From positions 24,180,001 through 24,244,000 of the forward strand of contig NC_086098.1 of NCBI RefSeq assembly GCF_963921235.1: a DNA stretch of 64,000 nt. Reading direction: 5' to 3'. Both the position numbers and the translations under genes were made by a program. The stretch is from Mobula hypostoma. Taxonomy: Eukaryota. The notes under the pieces were generated by a model. The model was not told the DNA's origin. It did no database searches and was given only the letters and a program-made list of their open reading frames with translations. Positions 1 through 12,185 of the stretch are shown in pieces (position 1 is the stretch's first letter; every line of letters begins with the position of its first letter).

Positions 1-139
1 ATGGTCCAAGTGTATCAACTGACATTCATTCTAGAGTCACCCCACTTAAAACTGCATAATATTTTTGATCATGGATGCAGGATATTTTTCAGCAGATAGC
101 ATTGTTGATACACTCCTGGGACATGAATATGAGCCTGGC

Positions 140-255
140 CTTTAGTGGTGTCAGTAAGGAGCTTGCACATTCACCCTGTGTGTGCATGTGGTTTGTTTTG
201 GCTGCTCTGGTTTTTATCAATAATCCAAGGTCATGCCGGTAGCTAAGTTAGTTGA
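140..255 (+). mobile_element. Degenerate V-SINE core fragment
   Basis: ggagcttgcacattcaccctgtgtgtgcatgtggttt...gctctggttttt...tccaag resembles the V-domain seen in better copies at 6150 and 12440; boundaries approximate. Confidence 0.5.
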
Positions 256-429
256 TCAGGAACTCAAGAAATGTAGCTACAATCTATGCAAAATTATCAA
301 AGCAACGAAACGATAATGCAGGGACAAGATCCAGACGCAACTCTCCACCAACAACACAGGTAGCTTATAGAAAAGTCTGCACACCATTCGCAGATTTCAA
401 AGCTAAGTTCAGTGGTGCTGCCCCTCTCA

Positions 430-1697
430 CAGATGAGCTAAATCTTTTTTACACTTGGTTCAATGTTGTCAACACTGGGTCCCCGAGGAGAGCTGCCGAA
501 GCAACCTCTACCTGGCCACGTGTTTCCAGTGAGTGGACATTTGCAAGGCTGTGGGACCGGATGGCATCTCAGGGTGTGCGTGGCACAACTGGCAGGTGTG
601 CTTACAGACATTTCTAATCTCTCCCTCTCCCAGTGCAGAGCTCCCTCTTGCTTCAAAACATCCACCATTATTCCTGTACCTAAAAAGACCAAGATAACAT
701 GTCTGAACAACTGGTGTCCTGTCGCACTCACCTCAATAAGCAAATGCTTGGAGAGGCTGGTGAAGGGCTACATCTACAGCATGCTACCACCCATACTGGA
801 CTCCCTACGATTCGCCTACCGACACAACCAATTGACATGACACGAGCCACAGCTCAACACACCATCCTTGCACATCTGGAGAAGAGGGATGCTTATGTGA
901 GAATGCTGTTCTTGGTCTACAGTTCAGTATTCAACACCATAATTCCCTCCAGGCTTGACGAGAAGCTCAGAGACCTCAGCCTTCACCCTGCCTTGTGCAG
1001 CTGGATCCTGGACTTCCCGTCAGATCGCCAGTAGATGGTAAGAGTAGGTTCCTTCACCTCTTCCCCTCTAACCCTCAACACAGGAGCCCCTCAGGGCTGT
1101 GTACTAAGCCCCCTCCTTTACTCTCGGTATATCCATGACTGTGTTGCCACCCACAGGTCCAATCTGGTAATTAAATTTTCGGACTATACTGCATTGGTTG
1201 TCCTTATCTCAAATAACAACGAGGCAGCCTACAGAGAAGAAGTTATCACCCTGATACAGTGGTGTCAAGAAAACAACTTCTCCCTCAATGACACAAAAAC
1301 AAAGGAGCTGATTGTGGACTACAGGAGGAATGGAAACAGGATAACCTCTACTGACGTCAATAGATCTGGGGTTTTGAGAGTAAACAGCTTTAAGTTCCTC
1401 AGCATACATATCAGCAAGGATCTCATGTGGTCTGCACATACCAGCTATGTGGTGAAAAAAGCACAACAGCACCTCTTTGACCTTAGACGGTTGAAGAAGT
1501 TTGGCATGAGTCCCCAAATCCTAAGGACTTTCTACAAGGGCACAATTGAGTGTAAATTGTTAACTGTCCTGTTGTACGTATTATTTATTACAAAGTACTA
1601 TAAATTGCACATTGCATATTTAGACAGATGTAACATAAAAGATTTTTATTCCTCATGTATGTGAAGGATGAAAGAAATCAATTCAATTCAATTCATT
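430..1697 (+). mobile_element. Decayed Rex1/Babar-type non-LTR retrotransposon, RT region and 3' end
   Basis: Broken ORFs with TIIPVPKK, VALTS, GAPQGCVLSPLLY, IKFSDYT (FADDT variant), KTKELIVDYRR, KAQQHLFDLRRLKKFG; ends in an (attca)n tail at about 1678-1697. Confidence 0.85.
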
Positions 1698-2180
1698 CTA
1701 GTGTAGCTGCGAAGCAGGAGAATTTGGAAGGGGAGATTGTGCTTTTGGGAAGTAATTGGAAATGGGATTGATGAGATTGAAGGACTAGCATAGACTCGAT
1801 GGGATGAATAGCCACTTGTAAGAAAAATGAAATTATACACTAACAGGGAAATTTAATTGCTTCTCCCAGTGGCCTTACGGATTTTTATGTTCTCTGTAGA
1901 GTTAATTAGGGAGCTACGGAGGATTCATTACAAAAGCAAATGTATTGAAACTTGGATGTGGTAATCAAATTTCTGATGCTGGAGTTTCAATCAATAGCAA
2001 GCAAAGTTTTATGTCATGAAGATAATTTTGTCATTTATCCGGCTATCTATTTTACTGACCTTTCCTGATTTCATTGACTTTTAAATAAAAAAAACTTTGG
2101 GGGTTTTGCTGGCTGTAATATGCCGCATGTTTCAGTGTTTGAAATGGTGAGAAGAAATTGGTTGTGCTCCAGTTCTGTTC

Positions 2181-2220
2181 TGACTCACTATTAGGAATTT
2201 ACCATCTGGAAAATGAAACT
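2181..2220 (+). promoter_or_regulatory. Candidate immune enhancer: AP-1 + NF-kB-like + ISRE
   Basis: TGACTCA at 2181-2187, GGAATTTACC at 2194-2203 (reverse complement GGTAAATTCC, one mismatch from GGGAAATTCC), GAAAATGAAACT at 2209-2220 (matches GAAANNGAAACT); motif match only. Confidence 0.45.
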
Positions 2221-2339
2221 TAAAATTTTTGTGGTAATATTTTTAAAGCAATGAGTGCTGGTGATTCAATAACGTATCATTCAAGCTGAGAAGATATGAC
2301 AAGAATATTTGTGTTTTTCAATGTTGTTCTTTATAGATC

Positions 2340-2530
2340 CAAACTGAACACACCCAGCTTTCTCTCCTTCTCAACACTAGCTTGTTTTTTTTTCCTGTTT
2401 CTCAGTTCTGGGACAGGGTCTTAGATCTGAAATGTTTTGTGTTTTTCTTTCCAAAGATGCTGCCTAACTTGCTGAAGTACTGAGGCCACTTTCTGTTTCT
2501 ATTTCAGATTTCCAGTATCTGCAATTTCTT
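2340..2530 (+). mobile_element. Old Penelope-like terminal repeat remnant
   Basis: cagggtcttagatctgaaatg...agatgctgcctaacttgctga...atttccagtatctgca is a diverged match to the family at 16326-16688. Confidence 0.6.
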
Positions 2531-4818
2531 TATATAATTTATTGAGTCAAATTATTTAGCACTGATAAGAATTGATTACTAGCACTAGCATCAGATCTAA
2601 TACACAGTCTCTTCAAAATAGTCCTTTCACTGACTAAAGGAAGTTACTAATAGGGTGTTTTTTTTACACCAGCTTTGATATTTAGCAAATTTTTCAGTCT
2701 TTAGATTATAAAACGCCCCCAGTTGCCATATTTACTACTATGACCTCCTTTAAGATACTACTAAAAATCTTTTATTGCACTCATGTATTTTGGTCTTGAT
2801 TGGGTACTCTTCCTGGTTTTAATTTGGAATGAGTATTTGGTTCCTTTTAAGGTAGTCCAGTAAGTTCAAGAATGATTTGATTCTACTAGATTTGTGGGTG
2901 CTGATATTGCTGATGAGGCTAATGTGGGTGTTACAGACACTCCTACAGATGAGACAAAAGGCACCTGTTAGGGTGGATCTGTACTTTGGGAGGTGGTACC
3001 TTCTTGTCAACTACACAGTATCTCTAAGTGTGTCCAATGTATAGGCTCTGTTTTCAATATCTTCCAGCTGCTCCTTCTCCATTATGAGAGGTTATGGGCT
3101 GGAGATTCCCAGAACGCACTTTGGTTTTGCTTTTTTTTTAAAGGCAGCCTTGAATATTTTCCTCAGTCTGTCTTGAATCTTTTCCATCTCTTCCTATGAT
3201 GGTAGGGAATATTGTCAATTTATTCTATACACATTCCAGTTCTTAGAATATATAAGAGGGCAGAGATCACTGTTCTGTGCCAGGTCTCAGATCTAGATCT
3301 TCAAACATTCTTGCTTTCTGGTGCTTTAAAAGTGATGGTGAATTCTGTCGTCACTGAGAGGTGGCTTTGGGGATAAGGGCACCAGTGGTTTTTTCTGTAT
3401 CTCACTATGAGCCTTCATTGTCAGAGCAGCTTTGCACAGAGGTGGCAGGTGGATAACAGGACCCATTTCTTTTTGAATACAAGGCCAGTCCTTGAGTGTG
3501 CTTTGATAAACGTGTCAGTGATGTCTTGGTGCCCCAACACACACATCATCTGCTTATTTTAGCTTAGCTACCGTGGTTGGGGTGGCCTTATTTGGTGTTT
3601 AGTTGCTGTAGGTTGAACAGCTTGTCATTAGCTCCTAAAGATCAGCTGTACTTGTGCCAGAGCTTGGAAGAGTGACACGTTGCAGTGATAAAGCATAAAA
3701 AAGTGACAGGCGGTATGTAGTCCTGTTTGGCTTCATGCAAGCTAGCTTGGAAGGACCATGACTTGAAATTTCATTATAGATGCATTTTTTTCTGAACAGT
3801 TGAACTTGAGAGGCTGTTTGACAGTCCCTCCTAACTGATGGAGTTAAAAGACATCAGTGAATTCGAAAATAATACTGGAGGGTTCTACTTTCTGCATTTC
3901 TCTTGATATGTACAGACCGGGTCTAATGTGCATCAGTTGGATGGACTTCACAGTGTAAGTTTTAATTTTGTGGCCTCACTTGCATCAGTGCTAACTTTGG
4001 AAGGATTGAGAAGGCAATGCAAGTAGGACACCAAAAAGGGCATAATCGTGAAAAATCTTTGTGAATGAACAAAAGTAGGTGAACAAAATACTTTTTTTGG
4101 GCTGTACATTCCTTTACTTCTCCCCCATCCCCACTTGCATAACAAACAGTCTGTAAAAGAATGGAGTAAGAAAGCATTTCCTCTTGAATGGTGCCTAGTG
4201 AGAGAAGTCATTTTTCACCAACTGATCTTTAAGTGCAGGCTTTCCAAGTTAAAATGGCATGCACATCCTGGCAATATCATCCAAGTGTGATATTGACAGT
4301 TAAGTACTCTGCCACTCTCTTAAAATGTTTTTTTATGTGACTGAATTTAGGCCAGCTAGCAGTGAGTTTCTCCTACCCCTTCATCTTGACTTTATCCTGC
4401 ACCACTTTCACTCAGTAAAAGTGAAGACTGCATGTTCACCTTCAGGTTGCACAATGCCTACAAAGAAACCAATCAAAGCAAAATATCTCCCTCTGATTAC
4501 CTGGCTGCTTCATCTGCCATTAATCAGATCAGGATTTCAATAAAGAACTCTTAATTTTGTTAAAATTAATAGCTGTATTTTTGTCTGGTATTAGGGTGCT
4601 TTTTATTCTAAACCTGAGCTGAGTAGAATTGAATCTGCTGTTGCAACTTTGAAATTATTTAATTTGTAGTTACTAACTTGAAAAGAAAGAATTATTTAAT
4701 TTTAAATCTTGCTTCCTCTATATGAAATCCAATAAAAGTAATAATGTTTGAACTGAGAGATCTTTTTTGATTAAAGCATGTATGCATTACTTTGAGTGGG
4801 TGGAATAGGAAGCTTGGC

Positions 4819-4893
4819 TACGTGCCAGTTTTGATTTCAGGAAAAAACGAAAGTTACTACGTAAAATGTAAATTAGCTCGCAATAGCCAATCA
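4819..4893 (+). promoter_or_regulatory. Putative proximal promoter of the short NCOA7 isoform
   Basis: TACGTG at 4819-4824, AGTTTTGATTTC at 4827-4838 (ISRE-like, one mismatch), TTTCAGGAA at 4835-4843 (GAS-like TTNCNNNAA), AAAAACGAAAGT at 4843-4854 (IRF-E-like), AGCCAATCA at 4885-4893 (NF-Y); 110-185 bp upstream of the ATG at 5003. Confidence 0.55.
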
Positions 4894-5002
4894 AGTACAG
4901 TTAAGCAAAGCAGCAAGCCTTTCATAAGCGATAAGGATGTAAAGTTCTTCACATGGATTTTCAAGTGCTGTGCCAGAATTTTGAGCAGACTAAGCTGGAG
5001 AA

Positions 5003-5077
5003 ATGAGGGGTTTAAGAAAAACAGCTAATATTCAGATTTTATTCAGGGCAAAGGGAGATGATGGATCTTTTGTACAG
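5003..5077 (+). CDS. NCOA7: NCOA7 alternative first coding exon (NCOA7-AS/short isoform-like)
   Basis: Encodes MRGLRKTANIQILFRAKGDDGSFVQ (25 codons) followed by donor CAG/gtcagt in phase 0; resembles the 25-aa unique N-terminus of human NCOA7-AS as I recall it ([25 protein letters not shown]). Confidence 0.85.
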
Positions 5078-6149
5078 GTCAGTTATATTTTCTGAATTGA
5101 TTCAGTATAGGGCTTTTAAATACGTTTGTACCTAAAAAAGCATTTTTATAATTTTACTGTCAATCATGTATTTTCAATTTCTAAAGTTAAAATTTGACAC
5201 ACTAGTTTTCCTTTGTCATTTATGTGAGCATTTCAATTGTCTTAGACTTGTAGATATTTACAATATTTTACACAAAAATGATATTTGGAGTATTACAAGT
5301 ACTGTAAGGTTTATAAAAAAAAATCATATCCACATATGCCATTTTGTTTTCTGCTAGCGAATTTTCAGGTTCTTAGAAATAATTCTTTTTTCTTGCTTAT
5401 GTTGATGCTTTTAAGTTCATTGTAGTATGTTATGCTAATCTCGTAAGTGATATTTATAATGAAGAGAACCTATAGAAATTTAAAATACTATGATTATTAT
5501 GTGCTGCTGTAAAAATATTCTACATTTTTAAATGTTAAAAATAAGATTATTGAGTTTTAGACGTATTTGTGTATTGAGGCAGTACCTTAAGTGATAAAGA
5601 TTTAGAAAATAGCATGAAAATTTGGTTTTTAAACTTAATTAATCTAATACATAAAAAATATTATTTGAATTGCCTTACCAAATTGAAATGCTGAAAGCAG
5701 GAAATCAAAAAGTTTTGAACTTTTTCTCCACCCATGTGTTCTGAATTGTCAATAGTTATAATAAAAGAATGGTATAATAAAAGAAATTGGAGATAGCTGA
5801 TATTTTTGCATATAGTTTGAAACTCTGCTGCAAATGTGTAATTTTTAATTTTTTTTTGGCTCAGTGTGAACTTTAGTTTTAAGGAAACAGTTGCATAAAT
5901 TCAATGAGAACTAGGTGAAAAAAATGATAAATCCCCCTTGAGGTATGCTATTTTTTGTTATGTTGTATTTCTGCTCTTTTCTGAGAGCACTGATTCATTC
6001 TGGGTATTTTTGCCTCTCACCCAAGCATGAGTTTTAACAGTGTGCCACAAATTCATTGTGAGGAGGCGTTATTCCAAAGGCAAGATATATCTTGTAAAAG
6101 TTGAAAATATTAAATAGCAAATTGGCGATGGGAAACCAGAGTGTTGGAG

Positions 6150-6432
6150 AAATGGGAGCGTAGTGGTTAGTGTGATGTTTTTACAGTTCAGGACATTCCG
6201 GAGTTTGCAGTTCAATTCCGGTGCCATTCTGTAAGGAGTCTGTATGTCCTCCCCTTGGAGTGCATGAGTTTTCCCTGGGCACTCTGGTTTCCTCCCACAG
6301 TCCAAAGACATAATGAATAAGTTAAATAATGTAAATAGTCCCATGATTAGGTTAGAGTTAATCAAGTTTGTGGGGGGGTTGTGTGGCCTCGCTTGAAGGG
6401 TCTGCTTTGTGCTCTAACGCTGAATAAAATAA
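6150..6432 (+). mobile_element. tRNA-derived V-SINE
   Basis: Box A-like gtagtggttag, box B-like gttcaattcc, V-domain ctctggtttcctcccacagtccaaagac, A-rich end. Confidence 0.8.
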
Positions 6433-6480
6433 AAATGAAAACTTTGAAATGTGTTCAAGATTTTGAAATTGGTTTTCCAG

Positions 6481-6606
6481 ATCATCACTATTGAGGAAGC
6501 AAAACGACGCCAGAGCATAGGTAGTTTTTATGAAGAAGAGATAGAAGATCTTCAGCCTGTACTTACAGACCCCAGTGAACTGCTGGAGAGTTTCCACATT
6601 GAGAAG
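6481..6606 (+). CDS. NCOA7: NCOA7 exon preceding the TLDc core
   Basis: ttttccag acceptor; IITIEEAKRRQSIGSFYEEEIEDLQPVLTDPSELLESFHIEK; gtaaat donor; matches the NCOA7-type IITVEEAKRR motif. Confidence 0.95.
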
Positions 6607-6688
6607 GTAAATATATGAAACACTTTCTTGTGGTTGTAATCTTTAATAGATTGAGAAACCTGCTAATGAAATGCTTTTGTCATTATAG

Positions 6689-6841
6689 CTTATGCTGCAT
6701 CTTCCTGCAAGAACACAGGGATACGCCTGGCGCCTTATGTACAGCACAGCTGTCCATGGGACAAGTTTAAGGACACTTTACCGTAGTTTGGCTGTTATCG
6801 ATTCCCCAGTTCTCTTAGTTGTCAAAGACATGGATAATCAG
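6689..6841 (+). CDS. NCOA7: NCOA7 TLDc exon
   Basis: tatag acceptor; LMLHLPARTQGYAWRLMYSTAVHGTSLRTLYRSLAVIDSPVLLVVKDMDNQ; gtaaac donor. Confidence 0.96.
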
Positions 6842-6954
6842 GTAAACAACTTGAAATAATCTTAAGAAGCAAATCGACGGTGTATAATTTGCTGGCTAAG
6901 TTTTAGTATTGGTGTGTGTAAATTTGTGACCTATCATTTTTTTTCTTTTTGCAG

Positions 6955-7050
6955 ATATTTGGAGCTTTGGCATCACACCCTTTCAGATTAAGTGACCATT
7001 GTTTTGGTACAGGAGAAACCTTTCTGTACACATTTAATCCACAGTTCAAG
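6955..7050 (+). CDS. NCOA7: NCOA7 TLDc exon
   Basis: Polypyrimidine tract and gcag; IFGALASHPFRLSDHCFGTGETFLYTFNPQFK; gtatct donor. Confidence 0.96.
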
Positions 7051-7289
7051 GTATCTATTTTCATGCTTTTTTTTTTAAGAAAATTGGGTAGACCTGAGAA
7101 ATTGCCAGAGAGTCTCAAAGAAAAATTAGTCTGGAACTTCTTCACAGCATCTCACTACTTGCAGCCTTCCTACCTTATTCTCAGTGAAGCTGGTTGTAAG
7201 CCATTTTAAAATCACACAGAAAGGCTTTAACAATGTGGGAAATTGTCAAGTTATTCACTTCTGTAGAAAAACAGAAGTGTCTACTATCT

Positions 7290-7775
7290 TCTGTAATGGA
7301 TTGATTGGGAAATACTAATATACATGTGTATAAGTCTTTAAAAGAGGTGCAGCAGGCAATTAGAAAGTTAAGTGGTATGGTGGCACTTTTTGCAGGGGAA
7401 CTTGAGTACCTGAATAGAGAAATTGTAAAGAGACTTGGTAAGGCCATGTACAGAATTTGTTTTTCAATGTTGATCCCCATTCCTTAACAAGAGCATACTT
7501 GTTATAGAGGGAGTGCAGGCAATATTTGCTGGACTGGTTCCCGGAATGATAGACTTGCCATGCAAGGTGAGATTAAGTAGGTTAAACCTCTGTTCTAAAG
7601 AGTTTAGAAAAATGAAAGGTAATCTTTTTGAGGAAATGCTGAGAAGACTTCACAGTGTAGATGTGGGGTGCAGCCTTCCCCTGCTCAAAGAGTCTAGATT
7701 AAGGAATTTAAGTGTTAAAATAAATGCTAGGCTATGTTGGACTGAATTGAGAGGTTTTTTTTAATCAGAGGATAA
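7290..7775 (+). mobile_element. Old CR1 LINE 3' fragment
   Basis: Translation EVQQAIRKLSGMVALFAGELEY resembles the CR1 ORF2 C-terminus of the 16962 element. Confidence 0.7.
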
Positions 7776-7899
7776 AAAACTATGAAAATTAAACATGCTA
7801 TTAAATATTCAATGATTACATATGTTTCTAGTAAAAATAAAATGAAAGAATTAGGAAATTAAATACATTTAAATTTTGAACAAAATAAATTTGTAGATT

Positions 7900-8215
7900 T
7901 GAATCAGAATCAGGTTTACTAACACTGGCATGTGTTTGAAGCTTGTTTTGCGGCACCAGTATAAAGCTATATATAAACAATTGCTTTAAGTTACAACAAG
8001 AAGTTAAGAAAAGTAGTGCAAAAGGGAGAAAAATACTGAGGTAGTGTTCATGGGTTCGCTGACCATTCAGAAATCTGATGGCGAAGGGGAAGAAGATGTT
8101 CCTAAAATGTTGAGTGTGTCTTCAGGCTTCTGTACTTCCTCCCTGATGGTAGTAATGAGAAGAAAGCATGTTCTGGGTGGTGAGCATTCTTAATGATGGA
8201 TGCAAACTTAGGGCA
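7900..8215 (-). mobile_element. Rex1/Babar-type LINE 3' end
   Basis: Minus-strand IIKNAHHPEHAFFSLLPSGRKYRSLKTHST and (gattct)n tail. Confidence 0.8.
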
Positions 8216-8769
8216 TTTTACCAGAAACTTGTACGTTTCCACTGTATCATTGCACTCTGAAATTAATGGAGTTGCTAAATCTGCACCATGTATAACCTGG
8301 AACTGCTTCAGCTGGTAGATCTTCCAGTATAATAACTGGGAAACAGTTGAAATACTGCAGATTGTCATATGTTTCTATTCACAATTAGAATGGCATTGAA
8401 TTACCTTAATCATTATAGAGCAAATGCCAGCATTTTCTGTGTACAATTTCAGGCAATTTTATTTTTAGCTTGGAAATATGCATATGATTTGTGATGTAGG
8501 CTTATATAATGCTATGTTAAATTGCTGAATCAAAAGCTGTTTTGGGGCTGTTGTTGGAAAAAATATTCAAAGAAAAATATTTTAAAATACTAGATTGGCT
8601 GGTTTGATACTTGGTTTTTAATTTTAGAGGAAGATTGCAAGTTTTTTATTGGGATAATTATAAAACTAATGCCATAACATATCCTATGCAAGTATACTTG
8701 AAAAGCTTTTAATAGACACTACTGAAGGTGGGCTATATTGTAGATGTTCCATTGTCATGAATGTTGCAG

Positions 8770-9125
8770 AAGTTATTGAACAAAGAACACAAACTGTATT
8801 CTAATAAGGGTTTTATAGAGCTGCAACATTTTGCAACTCTTGAACTTAATCCCCCGACTAATGAAGGCCAACACACTATACGCTTTCTTAACAACCTTAT
8901 TATCTTTGAGGGATCTATAGACATGAACCTCAAAATCCCTCTGTTTCCCCCACACTAATAAGAATCCTGCCATTCAAATTCAACCTTCCAAAATGAATCA
9001 CTTCACACTTTTCCAGGTTGAACTCCATCTGCCACTTCTCATCCCTGTTTTGCATCCTTTCAATGTCCTGTTGTAATGTATGACAACCTTCTACACTTTC
9101 CACAACTCTGCCAACCTTCATGTCA
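8770..9125 (-). mobile_element. CR1 LINE RT fragment
   Basis: KWQMEFNLEKCEVIHFGR and VVKKAYSVLAFISRGI on the minus strand. Confidence 0.85.
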
Positions 9126-9286
9126 TAATTACAGTATGTGTTCAAATTAAGCATGTTTCCTACATTTAGAAATTGAAAATATGTAATTGGTTTGTGAAAC
9201 AGAATGAAAGTTCCATAGTAGAAAATCTGCCTGTTCTAATCTGTGAAGTAATTTGAATATAAGAATAATAGTGTTTTATTTAATAG

Positions 9287-9360
9287 ATATTTAGGTGGAG
9301 TGGAGAAAATTCGTATTTCATTAAAGGAGATAAAGACTCTTTAGAACTCGGTGGAGGAAG
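9287..9360 (+). CDS. NCOA7: NCOA7 TLDc exon
   Basis: taatag acceptor; IFRWSGENSYFIKGDKDSLELGGG plus AG (phase 2); gtatgt donor. Confidence 0.96.
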
Positions 9361-9684
9361 GTATGTACTCACATCATAATATTGTTTAACATATTTCTTG
9401 CATATTACCCTGCAAATTAGTATAAAATCATTTACATTATGTACATTACATATTAAAATAAGACTATTGCAATATCCTAGTGGACAGTTGTAGAAGGAGA
9501 ACAGCACATGGAGGCTACAACATGAGTCGTATTGTAGATGCAGAAATGGCCTTTCCAAGGAGGAAAAATTGGACTGATTTTTCAAAATCTTAAGGTGGTA
9601 TCCTGAGATAAATTTTATTCTTGCCAAAGTATCTTATAATTATATCCATTTAACATTTTTTTTGAACTGAGCAATATTTATTTA

Positions 9685-9935
9685 TTGTGATATGGTGCAG
9701 AATGGGCACTTCTGGCCCTTAGCCCAGCAATCCCCTGATTTTAATCTGAGCCTAATCATGGGATAATTTACATTGTCCAATTAGCTCACCAACCGGTACG
9801 TCTTTGGACTGTGGGAAGAAACTTGCACAGTCACAAGGAGAACATACAGACTCCTCACAGGCAGCGGCGGGAATTGAACCTGTGTCATCTGTACTGTAAA
9901 CCATTGTGCTAATCACTGCACTACTGTGCTGCCCA
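9685..9935 (-). mobile_element. V-SINE
   Basis: Reverse complement of the V-domain (gtctttggactgtgggaagaaac) and tRNA-like head (gggaattgaacc). Confidence 0.8.
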
Positions 9936-10287
9936 CAGTGTACATTTATGAAATTTCTCATGTTCAACAATATATGAATAAGGTGGATTGGAAAATCCCT
10001 TGTGCATTATACTCTAAAGATTCTAGAGCTAGAAGATTATGCTTTTTTGAGAACTCCGTTGAACAGACTGAACTAACTCAAGGTAGTTATACTTGGTAAA
10101 GTGGAAAATATTTCCTAAGACTTAGATCTGCATTTACCTCCTCATAAGAACAATGCTTCCTAGTGCTAATGAACGATTGTTTTTAATTAAGAAACCAAAG
10201 ATCAACTTTAACTGTAAATTTGAGAAGGAAACACAAACATGATGATGAATTTGTTGATGACTACTTTATATTCTAATAATCCAATAA

Positions 10288-10440
<153 letters not shown>

Positions 10441-11908
10441 GTTAGCCTGATTCAGTAGTCCACTTGGTTCTGTTTTCCAGTCCATTGGATGTTATGATTC
10501 CACTGCTAGCTGCCTTATATTGTGTCCAGTGCTCACAATTTACTGTAAATGAGCATGTTTCTGAATGCTTAAGCTACACTTCTCAACCTGAATTACAAAG
10601 GAGATCACAGGGCACAGCTTTCCAGAGAGGCAACAACTTCTTTCCATTCTGTCAACTTGCTTGGAACTACCTACATGCTGAAGGAAACCAACTGAGTTGG
10701 CAAAGTCTTTTTAGCGGAACTGTTTTTGGTTGAAAAGGGAGAGCAAAACCATACTTTTGCTATGACAGATGTAGCTTATTCCAAATGCTGTATGCTAGTT
10801 AAAGAATGGCTGGCAATAAACGGAGTACAGCCAAAGCCAGGGTGCAAGGCAGTGCTTTTCAATTTAAGAGGATATTTAATATTTAAACATTCAGTGACAA
10901 TGCATGTTGAAGACATTTTTAAATATTCATTTGCTTTTCTGATTTTTTAAAATTGTTTTTATCACATTGCCTAAAGTCCAACTGGAATATTCAATATCCT
11001 CTAAGAACGTTTGATGGTTTTCCCAGCAGGTGGGGAAAAAATGTTGAAGAGGTAATAGTTCTGGAAGAAAAGAATTGCAGTTAAGCCAGGACCATTTAAA
11101 TGCTATAGTACAGTACATTAACGTTTATTTTTAGTTACAATGGATGTTGTATCCTTTCTTTTAGGGATGGTTTTATATCGGTGCAGGCACTGAACGCCAT
11201 GGTGTGAATACTTGTTTACAGTTAGCAGAAAGATTATGTAATATTCTTATTTCTGTATGCATTTTTGCATTCATTTGAACATTCCAGTGTCTTGCGGGTA
11301 CCAAGGGAACCCAAATGCACATGAAGCATATTAGAGCACTTTGAAAGAAATGGTAGTTTATGGCACCAAATACAATTTAAATGTGTAAATTTCATTTTTT
11401 TTTAACATTGTTCTCCATTTTGAATTACAAGTTCATTTTGCACAAAGAAGGGTGTGAAAATGTACTTTAGTTTCTGGATTATTTTCATAAATTGTTAAGC
11501 ATATTATAATACTTCAGGAAAGCTTAAAACACTTAAATATGTTAAACAGGTTTGATTTCTTTCCAGTCCTGGAGTAGATTATTGTAATATCAAAGCATAA
11601 TTTTTTGATTTCTATAGGTGCCATTTCTACTTGTATCACCAAATTTGAAGAACTAAAGAATATACAAAGTTACAATTTTCTATAATGTTTTTGCATATTT
11701 GTTTTTGTGGTGCTGTTTAAAAAATACCTGAACTGAGCACTAAAAGGTTTCACCATTTTTTTTTTAAGTTTAGCATTTGATATGTTAAATTAGCTTAAAA
11801 ATCATATTGTATTTAATACACTATACCTGTATTGTCAGAACAATCAAAATTGTGTCTGAATTCTGTATCTGTGAATGTCATTAAGAACAAAAGACTTGCA
11901 GTAAATTG

Positions 11909-11914
11909 AATAAA
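11909..11914 (+). terminator. Likely NCOA7 polyadenylation signal
   Basis: AATAAA ending about 1.5 kb of repeat-free AT-rich 3'UTR-like sequence; an alternative AATAAA lies at 10815-10820. Confidence 0.55.
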
Positions 11915-12049
11915 TCTGTGTACTTAAGAGCATTGTGAAATAGATGTTTGGAAGATAAATTGGGAGGAAAGAAACTGATGATATCCAATTTCTGATGATA
12001 ATCTTTGAACATTTTAATCAAATCCTATCTTATGAAAACCTCCTATCGT

Positions 12050-12185
12050 TGTCTGAAGACAATGTTTCTGCCTGAAACATTGACAATCTATTCTTTTCCA
12101 CAGATGCTGCATGAGCTGCTGAGTTCCTCCAGCATTTTGTGTGTGTTGCTTTGGATTTCCGGCATCTGCAGGTTTTTTTGTGTTT
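12050..12185 (+). mobile_element. Penelope-like terminal repeat remnant
   Basis: cctgaaacattgac...agatgctgcatgagctgctgagttcctccagcattttgtgtgtgttgc...catctgcag. Confidence 0.7.

Noticed and set aside
6150-6230. tRNA gene
   Set aside because: Box A/B-like motifs belong to a SINE head followed by a V-domain; no cloverleaf is evident. The same applies at about 9900, 12450 and 59930
6949-7209. 86-aa ORF as a standalone gene
   Set aside because: It is NCOA7 exon 6955-7050 read through its splice donor into the intron
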